The translations under genes were made by a program, and so were the position numbers. Shown piece after piece: positions 1 through 10,174 of a stretch of 64,000 nucleotides of DNA (position 1 is its first letter; every line of letters begins with the position of its first letter). The stretch covers positions 128,001 to 192,000 of the forward strand of contig JAWCCZ010000004.1 of the NCBI GenBank assembly GCA_038861545.1, given 5' to 3'. This stretch comes from Thermofilaceae archaeon. GTDB taxonomy: Archaea > Thermoproteota > Thermoprotei > Thermofilales > Thermofilaceae. The notes beneath the pieces are model-generated. The model searched no databases and was not told the origin of the DNA. It saw only the letters and a list, made by a program, of their open reading frames with translations.

Positions 1-72
1 CTTTTCCAGTACATTTTCCACAAACTCTCTTTCCTTTTTTATAATGACGCTTCCATGGGTTTGAAGTATGAT

Positions 73-930
73 TCAGGGGTCGATGGGCAAAACATTAGCG
101 TCTATACACACCTTGTAAACACGCGGTGCGTACTCTGATACCTTTCGTGCGCCATGGATTATTACTCGCATGCCGCGTAGTGCTGCTTCATGCTCGAGTA
201 GGAAGTAAGCCTCTGTGAAGAGGTCGTTTTCAGGAGCCCAGTAGTAGAAGTGTACCATACCGCCCTCTGGCTTAAGGCACTGGAATGCACAGTCAAGGTA
301 CTCGTAAGCGCCTTTCGGAAGCGGCATAACAACCCTATCGCAGCATTTATACCAGCAGCTTGCTTTTAAGCGGACGTCGCCAAGCACTGGTATAACCTTA
401 TCCTCCAGCTTATTGAGCCTGACATTCTCCTGCATGTACCTAAAGGCCTCTGGATTGAGCTCTATCGCCACAACTTTCTCCACCAGGGGTTGTTTCCTAG
501 CGATCATTAAGGCATAGGGTCCAACACCCGCGAACATCACCATTACGAGCTCACCTGGCTTTACCTGTTTGGATATTCTAAGCCTCTCTGTCGCCTCCCT
601 TGGAGAAAAGTACACCTTAGTTATGTCCAGCTTTAACTTCACCCCGTGCTCTACGTGTATAACTTCTGTGCCCCCCTCGCCAGCGATTACCTCATATTCC
701 CTTAACCTAAAAGCTCCCTCCCTGCCCGAGGTTTTGGCTAAAACAAGTTTTACATTTCTATGAAGTTTCATTAATGTTTCCCCAACTATTCTCTTGACTG
801 TTTCAGGTGCCTCAGGGGAAAACTCAACCACGGCGATAGCCCTTTCTCTCGATCCTATAATATCGAAGCTCGATGGCACGTACTTAACGTCTTCGCATAA
901 AGTTTCAGCTAGGATTCTTTTCAAACTCAT
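73..930 (-). CDS. trm5: Trm5/Met-10+ family tRNA (guanine-37-N1) methyltransferase
   Basis: SFDIIG, HVEHGVKLKLDITKVYFSPR, SAM motif MFAGVGPY, ELNPEAF, DRVVMPLP. Confidence 0.85.
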   Translation of the reverse strand: MSLKRILAETLCEDVKYVPSSFDIIGSRERAIAVVEFSPEAPETVKRIVGETLMKLHRNVKLVLAKTSGREGAFRLREYEVIAGEGGTEVIHVEHGVKLKLDITKVYFSPREATERLRISKQVKPGELVMVMFAGVGPYALMIARKQPLVEKVVAIELNPEAFRYMQENVRLNKLEDKVIPVLGDVRLKASCWYKCCDRVVMPLPKGAYEYLDCAFQCLKPEGGMVHFYYWAPENDLFTEAYFLLEHEAALRGMRVIIHGARKVSEYAPRVYKVCIDANVLPIDP

Positions 931-981
931 ACGCGTTTATAACACGGAGCCCTTAAATACCGTCTGCTTAAACAATGCTGT

Positions 982-2247
982 ATGAAAACGTCACGTATAC
1001 CCAGTTTCTATAAACTGAGTATTGATGAGCGTTTGAAGGCTGTCGCGGAGTTCGCGGGGCTTACAGGCGAGGAAATTCAGCTTTTAAAACAATTCGGTAA
1101 TCTTGATTCCAGCATTGCCGATAGGATGATCGAGAACGTGATAGGAGCAATGAGCTACCCGCTAGCTGTTGCTGTGAACTTCTTGATCAACGGTAAGGAC
1201 TACGTCGTCCCGATGGTTATAGAGGAAGCTAGCGTAGTGGCAGCGGCAAGTAATGCGGCTCGTTTAATGCGCAGGGATCAAGGGATTAAATCCATGGCTA
1301 CAGCACCCGTAATGATTGGACAGATTCAGGTCATTGGTTTGAAGGATCCCTGGTACAAGCGCATGGAGGTTCTCGAGCGCAAAGATGAAATTATACAGAA
1401 AGCGAATGAAGCGGACCCTGTTCTAGTGAAGTACGGTGGTGGAGCTCGTGATGTTGAAGCAAGAGTTGCTGAAGGCCCTACCGGTCCGATGCTTATCGTG
1501 CATTTACTAGTTGACGTGTGCGACGCAATGGGGGCAAATGCGGTTAACACTATGGCGGAAAGGGTGACTCCACTAATTGAGGGAATCACCGGGGGTAAAG
1601 CTCATCTTAGGATTATTTCCAATTTGGCTGATCGAAGACTTGTGCGTTCTTGGGTCAAGGTTTACAAGGAGGACCTTGGTGGTGAAAACATTGTCGATGC
1701 AATAGTCGATGCATGGGCTTTTGCTGCAGCCGACCCGTACCGCGCAGCAACGCATAACAAGGGCATAATGAACGGCGTGATAGCGGTGGCGTTAGCTACC
1801 GCTCAAGATCACAGAGCGATCGAGGCGGGGGCACATGCCTATGCAGCTAGAACCGGAAAGTACTTGCCGCTCACTGTTTGGGAAAGGGACCCGGAGGGTA
1901 ACCTGGTTGGCTCTCTTGAGATGCCAATGGCTGTAGGTATAATAGGGGGCGCAACCAAGGTACACCCGGTAGCCAGAATAGCTTTAAAGATTCTCGGAGT
2001 AAAAACAGCCAACGAACTCGCTGAAGTTATGGGAGCTGTTGGCTTAGCGCAGAACTTCGCAGCTCTTCGAGCGCTGGCGACTGAAGGTATTCAGAGAGGA
2101 CACATGGAGCTGCATGCACGTAACCTAGCTATAATGGCTGGCGCTACTGGAGAACTAGTCGACAAAATCGCTGAAGCTATGGTTAAAGAGGGGAACATTC
2201 GTTTCGATAGGGCTAAGGAACTCCTAGAGGAATTCTCTAAAAAGTGA
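982..2247 (+). CDS. mvaA: Class II (bacterial-type) HMG-CoA reductase
   Basis: MIENVIG, EEASVVAAAS, DAMGAN, THNKGIMNG, GIQRGHM motifs. Confidence 0.93.
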   Translation: MKTSRIPSFYKLSIDERLKAVAEFAGLTGEEIQLLKQFGNLDSSIADRMIENVIGAMSYPLAVAVNFLINGKDYVVPMVIEEASVVAAASNAARLMRRDQGIKSMATAPVMIGQIQVIGLKDPWYKRMEVLERKDEIIQKANEADPVLVKYGGGARDVEARVAEGPTGPMLIVHLLVDVCDAMGANAVNTMAERVTPLIEGITGGKAHLRIISNLADRRLVRSWVKVYKEDLGGENIVDAIVDAWAFAAADPYRAATHNKGIMNGVIAVALATAQDHRAIEAGAHAYAARTGKYLPLTVWERDPEGNLVGSLEMPMAVGIIGGATKVHPVARIALKILGVKTANELAEVMGAVGLAQNFAALRALATEGIQRGHMELHARNLAIMAGATGELVDKIAEAMVKEGNIRFDRAKELLEEFSKK

Positions 2248-2294
2248 GCAGTCAAAAACTTAAACCGGCTTGGGTGAGAGGAGGGGGGCGAGGG

Positions 2295-3765
2295 ATGAGC
2301 TTTCCCTAAGGAGGAAAAAGGTTACGAGCTAGGTATTACTGCAGGCAAGCGAGAGGATTTTTCAGAATGGTTCACACAGGTGTTAACAAAGGCTGAGTTA
2401 GTTGATACGAGGTACGGGGTTCAAGGTTTCGTCGTTCATAAACCTTGGGCGATGCGAATCATACGTGAAATATATCGAATGTTTGAAGAAGAGCTTGAAA
2501 AAAGCGGCCACGAGCCAGTCCTCTTTCCACTTCTTATACCAGAGGAATATTTTGAGAGAGAGAAAGAGCATGTTAAAGGATTTAAACCCGAGGTTTTCTG
2601 GGTTACCGAGGGGGGCGATGAAAAGCTTGAACGTAGGCTCGCATTGAGACCTACCTCAGAAACGGCTTTTTACTCGATGTACTCTCTTTGGATACAAGGC
2701 TGGAGAGACTTACCGTTGAAGTTGTACCAGAGCGTATGCGTTTATAGGTACGAGAAAACCACTAGGCCTTTCATAAGGGGTAGAGAATTTCTATGGATCG
2801 AGGCTCACTGCGCTTTCGCGACTCGAGACGAAGCCTTAAATCAAGTAAAAGAGGATATGGAAAACCTGAGGAAAGTTGTGTGGGATAGGCTTGCTATACC
2901 GTTCATTTTCCTAAGGAGACCACCTTGGGATAAATTTGCCGGTGCTGAAGATACTTACGCGGCTGATACTCTCATGCCGGATGGCAGGGTACTGCAGATA
3001 GCGTCTACGCATGATCTGGGTAAGCGATTCTCTGAGGCTTTTAACATAGCTTTCGTAGATAAAGACGGTCAGTGGAAGCAAGTGTACCAGACCTGCTACG
3101 GTCCCGGCGTTTGGAGGATAATAGCGGCCTTAATAGCTATACACGGCGACAACAAAGGATTGGTACTACCGTTCGATGTAGCCCCGGTGCAGGTAGTAAT
3201 AATCCCCATATTCTACAGCGATGATGAGAAGGAGAAAGTGGTAACCAAGTGCAGGTTAACTAGAGAAAAACTAGCTGGAGCCGGTTACAGGGTGCTGGTT
3301 GACTTTAGAGAAAAAACCCCTGGCTGGAAATTCAATGATTGGGAGCTTAAAGGTGTACCTCTCAGGATTGAGATTGGTAAAAAAGAAGTTGAAAGCGGCT
3401 CTTTAACCGTGTTCCGAAGAGATATTCGAAAAAGGGTGCCCGTTAAAGAGGAAGAGCTTCTCCAGAAGATAGAAGAACTAAGGTATTTGATCCTAGAAGA
3501 ATTAAAGAAAAGAGCTAGAGAATTCTTTAACTCTAGGATAGTCAATACAACAGATAGAGAGAACCTGCTTCGAGCTGTAAGGAACGGTATGGTTGCAGTA
3601 GCTCCGTTCTGCGGGCGAGAAGAATGCGCTGAGGACATGAGGACTCAGGTGGAGGGTCTTAGAGTCAGAGGTACCGAGCTAGACCATGTAGAGGGAGATT
3701 ACGGAAAATGTATCTGGTGCGGCTCTCCAGCTAGGCAGCAGGTTTACATTGCCAGAGCATACTAA
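2295..3765 (+). CDS. proS: Prolyl-tRNA synthetase (archaeal/eukaryal type); real N-terminus lies upstream of the annotated GTG 2380 and appears to need a +1 shift at 2301-2309
   Basis: LRPTSET, FIRGREFLWIEAH, QIASTHDLG, C-terminal ARAY. The conserved DFSEWFTQV is in frame upstream of 2380, but the only ATG (2295) is in another frame: ATG AGC TTT CCC TAA. Confidence 0.93.
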
Positions 3766-5894
3766 GGCTTTGAAAACTGAAGCCCGTAGGTTCTAGCTGT
3801 CTCAACGGATAATTTGACGTATTCTGCTCTAGCTTTTTCGAGGAACTCTTCCCTACTCTCGTAAGATCCTGACTTGTAGTTTTCGATTATGTTGCACATT
3901 TTCTCATAAACTGTAGATGCGATCTCAAGCGCGGCTTTAACCTCCCTAACATCGAATAACTTAAAAACGGATCTAGACCTTGAAAGAGCTTCCTCTATCG
4001 TATTTTCAGCAATAACCTCGTAAACCTTGGCTATCTTTCCTGGCGTCCAGCGTAAAACTCTACCCAACCTTTGCACCATTTGTCTAGTCTGCCCTGAACC
4101 TGAAAGTACTACTGCAACGTCAGCATCTGGAACATCGATTCCCTCATCCAATACAGTCGTTGTAACTATAACACGTGCGATACCCTTTCTAAAGGCCTCA
4201 AAGGCTTTTAGCCTTTCCCCCTTTTGAGTGGACCCAGTTATCAGCACGCATCTAGGCTCTACACTCTTTACAGTCTCAAATGCAACTTGGGCTTGGTCTA
4301 AATACTGGCAAAAAACTATTGTTTTTCCACCTTCACTCTCAATAATTTTCTTCAAGACTTCTAGCTTGGCTTTAGCTTTAGATGCTATCTTTATAAGTTC
4401 TGAGGCTTTTCTGAGATCCTGAGGACTTAGTTTTTCAGCAAGTTGCATGTATTCTTTTGCTTCGTCGTGGCCAAGTTTTACATAGATCTTTTCTACTTGG
4501 AAAGGAGCAAGCACCCCTTTAAGCACTAGTTGGTAGTAGGATGTCTTGTATACAGGTTCTCCAGCAGCTCTGTAGATCAATACCTCATTTTTATCAGCCC
4601 TATTTGGAGTAGCTGAAAGCACCATGGAACACTTAGCTTTTAACTTAAAGGCTATTTCTTTAAACGTCTCTGCTGGTAGATGATGCCCTTCATCGTAAAT
4701 TATAAAACAGAATTTATCGAAAATTTCATAAATGTTTTTAGCAGCGCTATGATAGGTAGCTACTGTAATATCAAGTATTCTTTTATCCCCACCCGTGAGA
4801 AAACCAGTTTTAACATTCAAACATTCCCTTATTCTCTTACTCCATTGTCTGGCTAACTCTACAGTCGTAACACATATGAGCGTTGGAACCCTAAGTATCG
4901 AGATAGCTGCGATAGCTACATACGTTTTACCAGCACCGGTCGGCATAACAATAGTGCCTCGCATGCCAGCCTTTAACCATGCATTAAGTGCCTCTTCTTG
5001 GAACTTGTATAGTGAAGGGGGGTTACCTAGAACCTCTATATTCTTAGTACACCAATTTACCTCATCCAGCACTTTAAGTCCTATAGATTCGAGAAGCTCT
5101 TTCAGAGTTGGTACAGCAAAATAAGGTATCTGGAGAACTTTATCGTTAAGCTTCCTGATTACGTTTAGCTTGGACTGCGATAATTCAACCTTACCCTCTA
5201 GGATCCTCGGCTTATAGTACTCGATCATAGCTTTGCTTTCGAGGAATACTTCATCTTCGCGGGAAAGTGAATGCGGCAATAGAACTATTGCTCCATCAAC
5301 TCCGATTTCCCGTATGGTAACGCAATCTGTGGGACTAACTAGTAGAGCGGAAGCTCTTTTGACCGCTTCAACCTGCTCATCTGTGATCGCTGGATCTATT
5401 GCCTGAAGGAGGTTAAGCAAGGTTTCGACAAGTTCTTCTGGACTGATTCCTTGTTTAAGTAGAATTCTAAAGGCTTTACCTAGATCCATCAAGTAGTACT
5501 GCAAGTCCATCCCGGCAATATTCTTCGCACTTACTACACTGGATTCCTTCAGGATCCTCCAAGCTGTGTAATCTCTAATGTATTTGCCGGGCAATAATAG
5601 AAGCTTTCCCCTTTGGGCTTCTATTGCTCTACATCTTCTGTCCTCAGCTAACAGTCGATCAATAATTTCCCTACCTGATTGCCCAAAGGCATCTGTTAGG
5701 ATTGCTCTAGCTAAGTTTGAGTACCTGATGATATCCTCGATCCGCGCGGCCCAGCATTTCTCATCTGCTTTCCAGTTACAAAACTGCTTGACTGAATCCT
5801 TCAAGCGTGAGACATCTTTCCATGGCAGATCTTTTGATAAAATGACATCGCCGATTTTAACTTTAAAGCTTAGAGAACTTCTTCCGCTGTGCAC
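3762..5894 (-). CDS. XPB/Rad25-like SF2 helicase with long N-terminal extension
   Basis: PTGAGKT, DEGHH, LSATP, LDEGIDVPD, QRLGR. Confidence 0.85.
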   Translation of the reverse strand: MHSGRSSLSFKVKIGDVILSKDLPWKDVSRLKDSVKQFCNWKADEKCWAARIEDIIRYSNLARAILTDAFGQSGREIIDRLLAEDRRCRAIEAQRGKLLLLPGKYIRDYTAWRILKESSVVSAKNIAGMDLQYYLMDLGKAFRILLKQGISPEELVETLLNLLQAIDPAITDEQVEAVKRASALLVSPTDCVTIREIGVDGAIVLLPHSLSREDEVFLESKAMIEYYKPRILEGKVELSQSKLNVIRKLNDKVLQIPYFAVPTLKELLESIGLKVLDEVNWCTKNIEVLGNPPSLYKFQEEALNAWLKAGMRGTIVMPTGAGKTYVAIAAISILRVPTLICVTTVELARQWSKRIRECLNVKTGFLTGGDKRILDITVATYHSAAKNIYEIFDKFCFIIYDEGHHLPAETFKEIAFKLKAKCSMVLSATPNRADKNEVLIYRAAGEPVYKTSYYQLVLKGVLAPFQVEKIYVKLGHDEAKEYMQLAEKLSPQDLRKASELIKIASKAKAKLEVLKKIIESEGGKTIVFCQYLDQAQVAFETVKSVEPRCVLITGSTQKGERLKAFEAFRKGIARVIVTTTVLDEGIDVPDADVAVVLSGSGQTRQMVQRLGRVLRWTPGKIAKVYEVIAENTIEEALSRSRSVFKLFDVREVKAALEIASTVYEKMCNIIENYKSGSYESREEFLEKARAEYVKLSVETARTYGLQFSKP

Positions 5895-6030
5895 TTAGCG
5901 CACCCTGTAGGTAGTGGTATGTATCAGACTTTAAAGTAATCGTAAGCGATAACCTAAGACTTATTTTTAGCTGGAGTATTGTCAGCCAGCGCCAAAAAAC
6001 ACATATTGGTGAGTTATTAAACGCGTCACT

Positions 6031-6615
6031 GTGGAGATAAACTGGAAGCTGGATATGTTAAAGGAGATGGGGGTGACGCCTATAAACTTGAGACCTAGAG
6101 ATTGGGTGTTACTTTTACTTCACGTGGGTGGACGTAACCCTATTAAAGGCGAAGAAAGTTTCCATACCACACTATTCATGATGCAGTGCCCCCCAGTTGT
6201 TTTCAAAACTCTACTACTATCGGTGTTTTCGCCGGAGATCCATCAAGCTATCGAACACCTCATAGAGGAAGGCTTGATTAAGAGAGAGTACAAGTATGAA
6301 GGCAGTAAACTTATCGAAATCTATAGCCTCTCCCCGCTGGGTGTTGAAGAAGCATCTAGGCTGGCTGAAAAGGCAAGTGGCTCATACATGTTCATTGGAG
6401 GAGCTGCGATAAGAAAGGGGGATGACGTGTTAAGCGAGCTTGAGGCTTTGAAAAAGACGTATAATGGGAGGGGGTTAAAAGAGGGGTTAAAGCTAATATT
6501 GGATAAACTCGGATCAAAGGTATCCGATTTTGAAAGCCCACTAGAGGCGTTCTGCGATTCAAGTGAGTTAGATTATATGAAAAAACTGTTCAAGATTTAC
6601 CGAGAAGAGTTTTGA
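6031..6615 (+). CDS. Hypothetical winged-helix protein
   Basis: 194-aa ORF; VLLLL...PIKG start and HLIEEGLIK...YSLSPLG wing pattern. Confidence 0.6.
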   Translation: MEINWKLDMLKEMGVTPINLRPRDWVLLLLHVGGRNPIKGEESFHTTLFMMQCPPVVFKTLLLSVFSPEIHQAIEHLIEEGLIKREYKYEGSKLIEIYSLSPLGVEEASRLAEKASGSYMFIGGAAIRKGDDVLSELEALKKTYNGRGLKEGLKLILDKLGSKVSDFESPLEAFCDSSELDYMKKLFKIYREEF

Positions 6616-6621
6616 AAAATA

Positions 6622-7806
6622 ATGACCATAGTCGTAGCTGGTTCAGGACCTGCTGGATTGACTTATGCTCTAAGGTTAATAGAATTTCGAGCTAACGCCG
6701 ACATTACTCTGTTGGAAGAACATCGACAGCTTGGCTACCCTCCTCATTGTACAGGACTGGTTAGCCTAAGCACATTGCAAAGAGAATACCCTAAACTCTG
6801 GAAAAAAGTATCTCAAACCCTCATTGAAGGCGCTAATATTAAAACCCGACACGGTGTGGAATTATATATAGACATTGGTAAACCGATAGCTGCAGTACTG
6901 GATAGAAGGCTTTTCGAAGAACTTTTGGGCAAAGCTGTAGAAAACTCAGGAGTTAAGGTCAAACTCGATGCTCAGGTAAAAAGCGTAAACCCTAGTCGAA
7001 GGAAAGGTATGCTGAGGGGGGGTGAAACGTTCAACTATGATATCTTAGTCCTGGCTACAGGTGCGACAGCCCCCTTAAACACATCAGTTGGACTAGACCG
7101 ACCAAAGGGACTTCTGCCGGCTGTGAACGCTGAATACCAGCTTGAGCATGCTATAGACTCTAGATACGTACATGTGTACTTTGACTCAAGAGTTGCTCCG
7201 GGCTTCTTCGCCTGGATCGTTCCATTGAATGAGTACAAGGTTAGAGTCGGGCTTGGAGCAACCTCCAAGCCCATAGAGCGTTTAAAATTCTTTGAAAAGC
7301 TCGATCCATTCAATATTAACTTAGCGCAGGCGCGGCGTTTACAGGTTTACAGCGGGCTCATACTGACGGGGGGCCCTTTGAGAAAATATTATTCTGGCAG
7401 AGTAGTAGTAATAGGCGACTCGGCGGGTCATACTAAACCTACGACAGGCGGAGGAATAGCTTTCACATCTATAGCGGCTAGGTTACTTGCCCAAGTATCA
7501 GCTTTGGCTGATACTTGGGATAACGTGGGTTCCTTCTTTCAAGCTAGGTATAATAAAGTGATCCAGCGTGAAGTTAAGTTCATGCTATTAGCCAGGCGCC
7601 TGGCTAATAGCATGGATGACGTTCAAATCTCGAATTTACTGGACACCGTCCAAAGGAGCGGTATAGTGGATGAGGTAGCTAAGAGTCATATGGACTTTCA
7701 TGGCGGAGCACTTATTGCTCTTGCTAAAAAGTCACTAGAAACTAAACCCATAGTAACAGTCACTACTCTACTTCAAGCTTTACTGAGAGTTTTCCTCCTA
7801 AGCTAA
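6622..7806 (+). CDS. Geranylgeranyl reductase family FAD oxidoreductase
   Basis: GSGPAG, HCTGLVS, PGFFAWIVP, GDSAGHTKPTTGGGI. Confidence 0.88.
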   Translation: MTIVVAGSGPAGLTYALRLIEFRANADITLLEEHRQLGYPPHCTGLVSLSTLQREYPKLWKKVSQTLIEGANIKTRHGVELYIDIGKPIAAVLDRRLFEELLGKAVENSGVKVKLDAQVKSVNPSRRKGMLRGGETFNYDILVLATGATAPLNTSVGLDRPKGLLPAVNAEYQLEHAIDSRYVHVYFDSRVAPGFFAWIVPLNEYKVRVGLGATSKPIERLKFFEKLDPFNINLAQARRLQVYSGLILTGGPLRKYYSGRVVVIGDSAGHTKPTTGGGIAFTSIAARLLAQVSALADTWDNVGSFFQARYNKVIQREVKFMLLARRLANSMDDVQISNLLDTVQRSGIVDEVAKSHMDFHGGALIALAKKSLETKPIVTVTTLLQALLRVFLLS

Positions 7807-7860
7807 CTTGACTGGTTAGTCTAACGGGATGACTCGTATTGATCCTGAGAATATTATTTA

Positions 7861-8949
7861 TCAAATCGATAAACTGTTGAGCTTCTCTAGTGCCTTCTCT
7901 ACTGGCTCTAGGCTCCAACTCTCTTCTTCTAAGCCTAAGTGAGCCGTTAAACCATGATATACTTCGCTTTCAGCTTCCATGAAAGCTAATAGCTCGCAAT
8001 GTACGACTCCATCGATCTGAAGCAAAGATGAATGCATGCGCATTATATCTTCGAGCGAAGCTTCTAAAACTAGGAATATTGTCCTCTCATTACCCTGTAA
8101 AGCAAAGCCATCTATTAACCAAGGTATTTGAGAGAAACACCATAGTAACGATAAAGCAGTTCCTGGGTTTGCTGTTTCCACCCTATAAATCACTGGCACA
8201 TTGGTAATCTTTGGCTCTATACAGTTCCCTCTCCATAAAGGTCTTACATGTACCCGGTAGTGATAAGATAAAAGCTGCTGAGAAAGCCCAAGTTTTTTTG
8301 CCATCCCGCTTAGGCTTGAGAACACAAACTTTTCTTTCTCTCTTATTATGAGAAGATCCACTTTATCCACTTTCATCGGCTTGCTAGTGCTCCACAACAA
8401 CCTAGTTTTCCCTAGTATAGATGGTAAACTCGCCCATTCTACGGATAAGCCGTTACCAGTAAATTTAGTTAAACCCTCACCCTGAGGCAGATACTTAACC
8501 TCCCACTCTTTAACCCATACATCGGTTAGGTTAAACGGTAACATGTAAGCGAAATTCTTCTCTAATCCTGAAGGAGGACACGCTTCGATCAACATTTTAG
8601 AGCCATGCCAATCCCATATTTTTGTAACGCGTTTGATATATGGAATCTCGTAGTTCGATAAAAGCTTATCCGCTTCTCTATCGTAGTGTACAACTAAATA
8701 CATTGGTGAAAGTCCTAAAGCTTTATAATCTACCAAAAATCTAATCCAAGTTTCTTTGCATATTTTTTTAACTTTAGAATTAACATATGAGGGTGAAAGC
8801 ATAGCTTTTTTAGCTACATCTGAGCATGTCAAAGCATAAGGGAGTGCTGTGAGAACCCTATACTCTACTGGAGTTAACTTTCTCCAAAACATCAGGCAAG
8901 TAGATACGGCTACTAAATTAATGCTTCTACCAGTAGTAGCTAATTTCAA
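7861..8949 (-). CDS. Tandem HTH/Lrp-like transcriptional regulator
   Basis: Two HTH-like segments (SDVAKKAMLSPSYV; SGMAKKLGLSQQLLSYH), VDYKALGL and VDKVDLLII Lrp-like patterns. Confidence 0.6.
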   Translation of the reverse strand: MKLATTGRSINLVAVSTCLMFWRKLTPVEYRVLTALPYALTCSDVAKKAMLSPSYVNSKVKKICKETWIRFLVDYKALGLSPMYLVVHYDREADKLLSNYEIPYIKRVTKIWDWHGSKMLIEACPPSGLEKNFAYMLPFNLTDVWVKEWEVKYLPQGEGLTKFTGNGLSVEWASLPSILGKTRLLWSTSKPMKVDKVDLLIIREKEKFVFSSLSGMAKKLGLSQQLLSYHYRVHVRPLWRGNCIEPKITNVPVIYRVETANPGTALSLLWCFSQIPWLIDGFALQGNERTIFLVLEASLEDIMRMHSSLLQIDGVVHCELLAFMEAESEVYHGLTAHLGLEEESWSLEPVEKALEKLNSLSI

Positions 8950-9028
8950 GAAGATTCATTAAAGCTCTGAATTTAGTTAGCACGCTAAGCTATTAAACCC
9001 CTTTTTTGCATACCTTATCGGTGAACAG

Positions 9029-9166
9029 ATGAAAGGCAGAACTTTCAAGTTTGAAGAAGAGGAAGAAGAATGGGAAGAAGAACTGGAAGAAGAGTGGGAG
9101 GAAGAAGAAGAGGAAGAAGAATGGGAAGAAGAAGAGTGGGAAGAGGAGGAAGAAGAAGAGTGGTAA
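9029..9166 (+). CDS. 45-aa acidic Glu/Trp microprotein (not in ORF track)
   Basis: MKGRTFKFEEEEEEWEEELEEEWEEEEEEEEWEEEEWEEEEEEEW*; SD GGTGA at 9020-9024; GAA/GAG variation only at third codon positions. Confidence 0.8.
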   Translation: MKGRTFKFEEEEEEWEEELEEEWEEEEEEEEWEEEEWEEEEEEEW

Positions 9167-9273
9167 GTTTTAAAATATATTGAAAATAAATAAACTTTTT
9201 AATATTTCCAGGAATTTTATCAGTAGAATTAGGAACCATAAGCTATACTTGTATGCGGCTTTTAGTGTATCAA

Positions 9274-10131
9274 CTAAGTTAGCTCGGTGATGTCGAAAAC
9301 AAGCCTAGCTATTCTATTGAGTGAAGTCCATGCATTACCTAACTTTTGAACTTTTAGAAATTGTAATATGTTGGTGCATTGCACATTTCGGTGGGTTTCT
9401 AGAAAGCTGTATAGCGCGGCTTCTTGGCATTTGGCAAGCACCTCGGCTGTTGGAAGCAAACCCTTCACTGGCTTTGCCTGCGACATACGTTCAGCTTCAT
9501 CGCCTATCTCTTCGAGGATCTTAGCCACCAGCCTAGCATCCACCAAAAATACCCTTTCCTGGTTATTAAGAGAAGGCGAGCTCGCTAAACTTCTTATTAA
9601 ACGCACAGCTAAGAAATAAAGTCGATCCAATCTATCATCTCGACTCCGTACTGATTCTAATAATTCTGCATCTCCTTCCTCTAAACCCTTGGCAGCATCC
9701 AGGTACATACTTCTGGATACCGCATCCATCCGATATAGTACACTGCGTACATCGTACCCCTCTTTTACAAAGCATTGAAGCATTATGTGCTCTTTGTTTT
9801 CTTCAACTATTTCTAACCCGACTAATAGGTTTAAGAGTTTATGAAGCGATTCTGTAAAGTCTTTTGTCGGCTTTGTTACTTCTATTAATTCGTAACCTGA
9901 TAAGTATGCGGAAATTACATCTCTTGCCGTAGCCGAACCTAATGACTTCGCCTTAACCTGTACCTGCCCTTTGCCACTAACCGGCTTTATTAGCAGTCCT
10001 TCATCAAGTTGCTCTACCGAAAGCAGACCTCCCTGTTCAAGCCCTCTATCCTCAACCCATTTCTTGGGAAGAGATACATACGAGCTGTTTCCTATCTTTA
10101 CTATCCTTCTATAACTGGATTTCCTCTCCAT
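9274..10131 (-). CDS. AbrB-PhoU phosphate uptake regulator
   Basis: RRIVKIGNSSYVSLPKKW AbrB domain, ISAYLSGY, RDDRLDRLYFL. Confidence 0.88.
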   Translation of the reverse strand: MERKSSYRRIVKIGNSSYVSLPKKWVEDRGLEQGGLLSVEQLDEGLLIKPVSGKGQVQVKAKSLGSATARDVISAYLSGYELIEVTKPTKDFTESLHKLLNLLVGLEIVEENKEHIMLQCFVKEGYDVRSVLYRMDAVSRSMYLDAAKGLEEGDAELLESVRSRDDRLDRLYFLAVRLIRSLASSPSLNNQERVFLVDARLVAKILEEIGDEAERMSQAKPVKGLLPTAEVLAKCQEAALYSFLETHRNVQCTNILQFLKVQKLGNAWTSLNRIARLVFDITELT

Positions 10132-10174
10132 CTCGGCAAGAAGCCACTCGAATACTTAAAAAGGCACTGTGATA

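Noticed and set aside
1-72. Partial gene at the left edge
   Set aside because: Too little sequence to fix a frame or start
7805-7850. Possible C/D sRNA (CTAA-CG-GGATGA...CTGA)
   Set aside because: No credible box C and no recognisable target
9045-9239. Minus-strand Leu/Pro-rich 64-aa ORF, or a microsatellite or CRISPR-like repeat
   Set aside because: It is the antisense shadow of the Glu/Trp microprotein; no repeat-spacer structure
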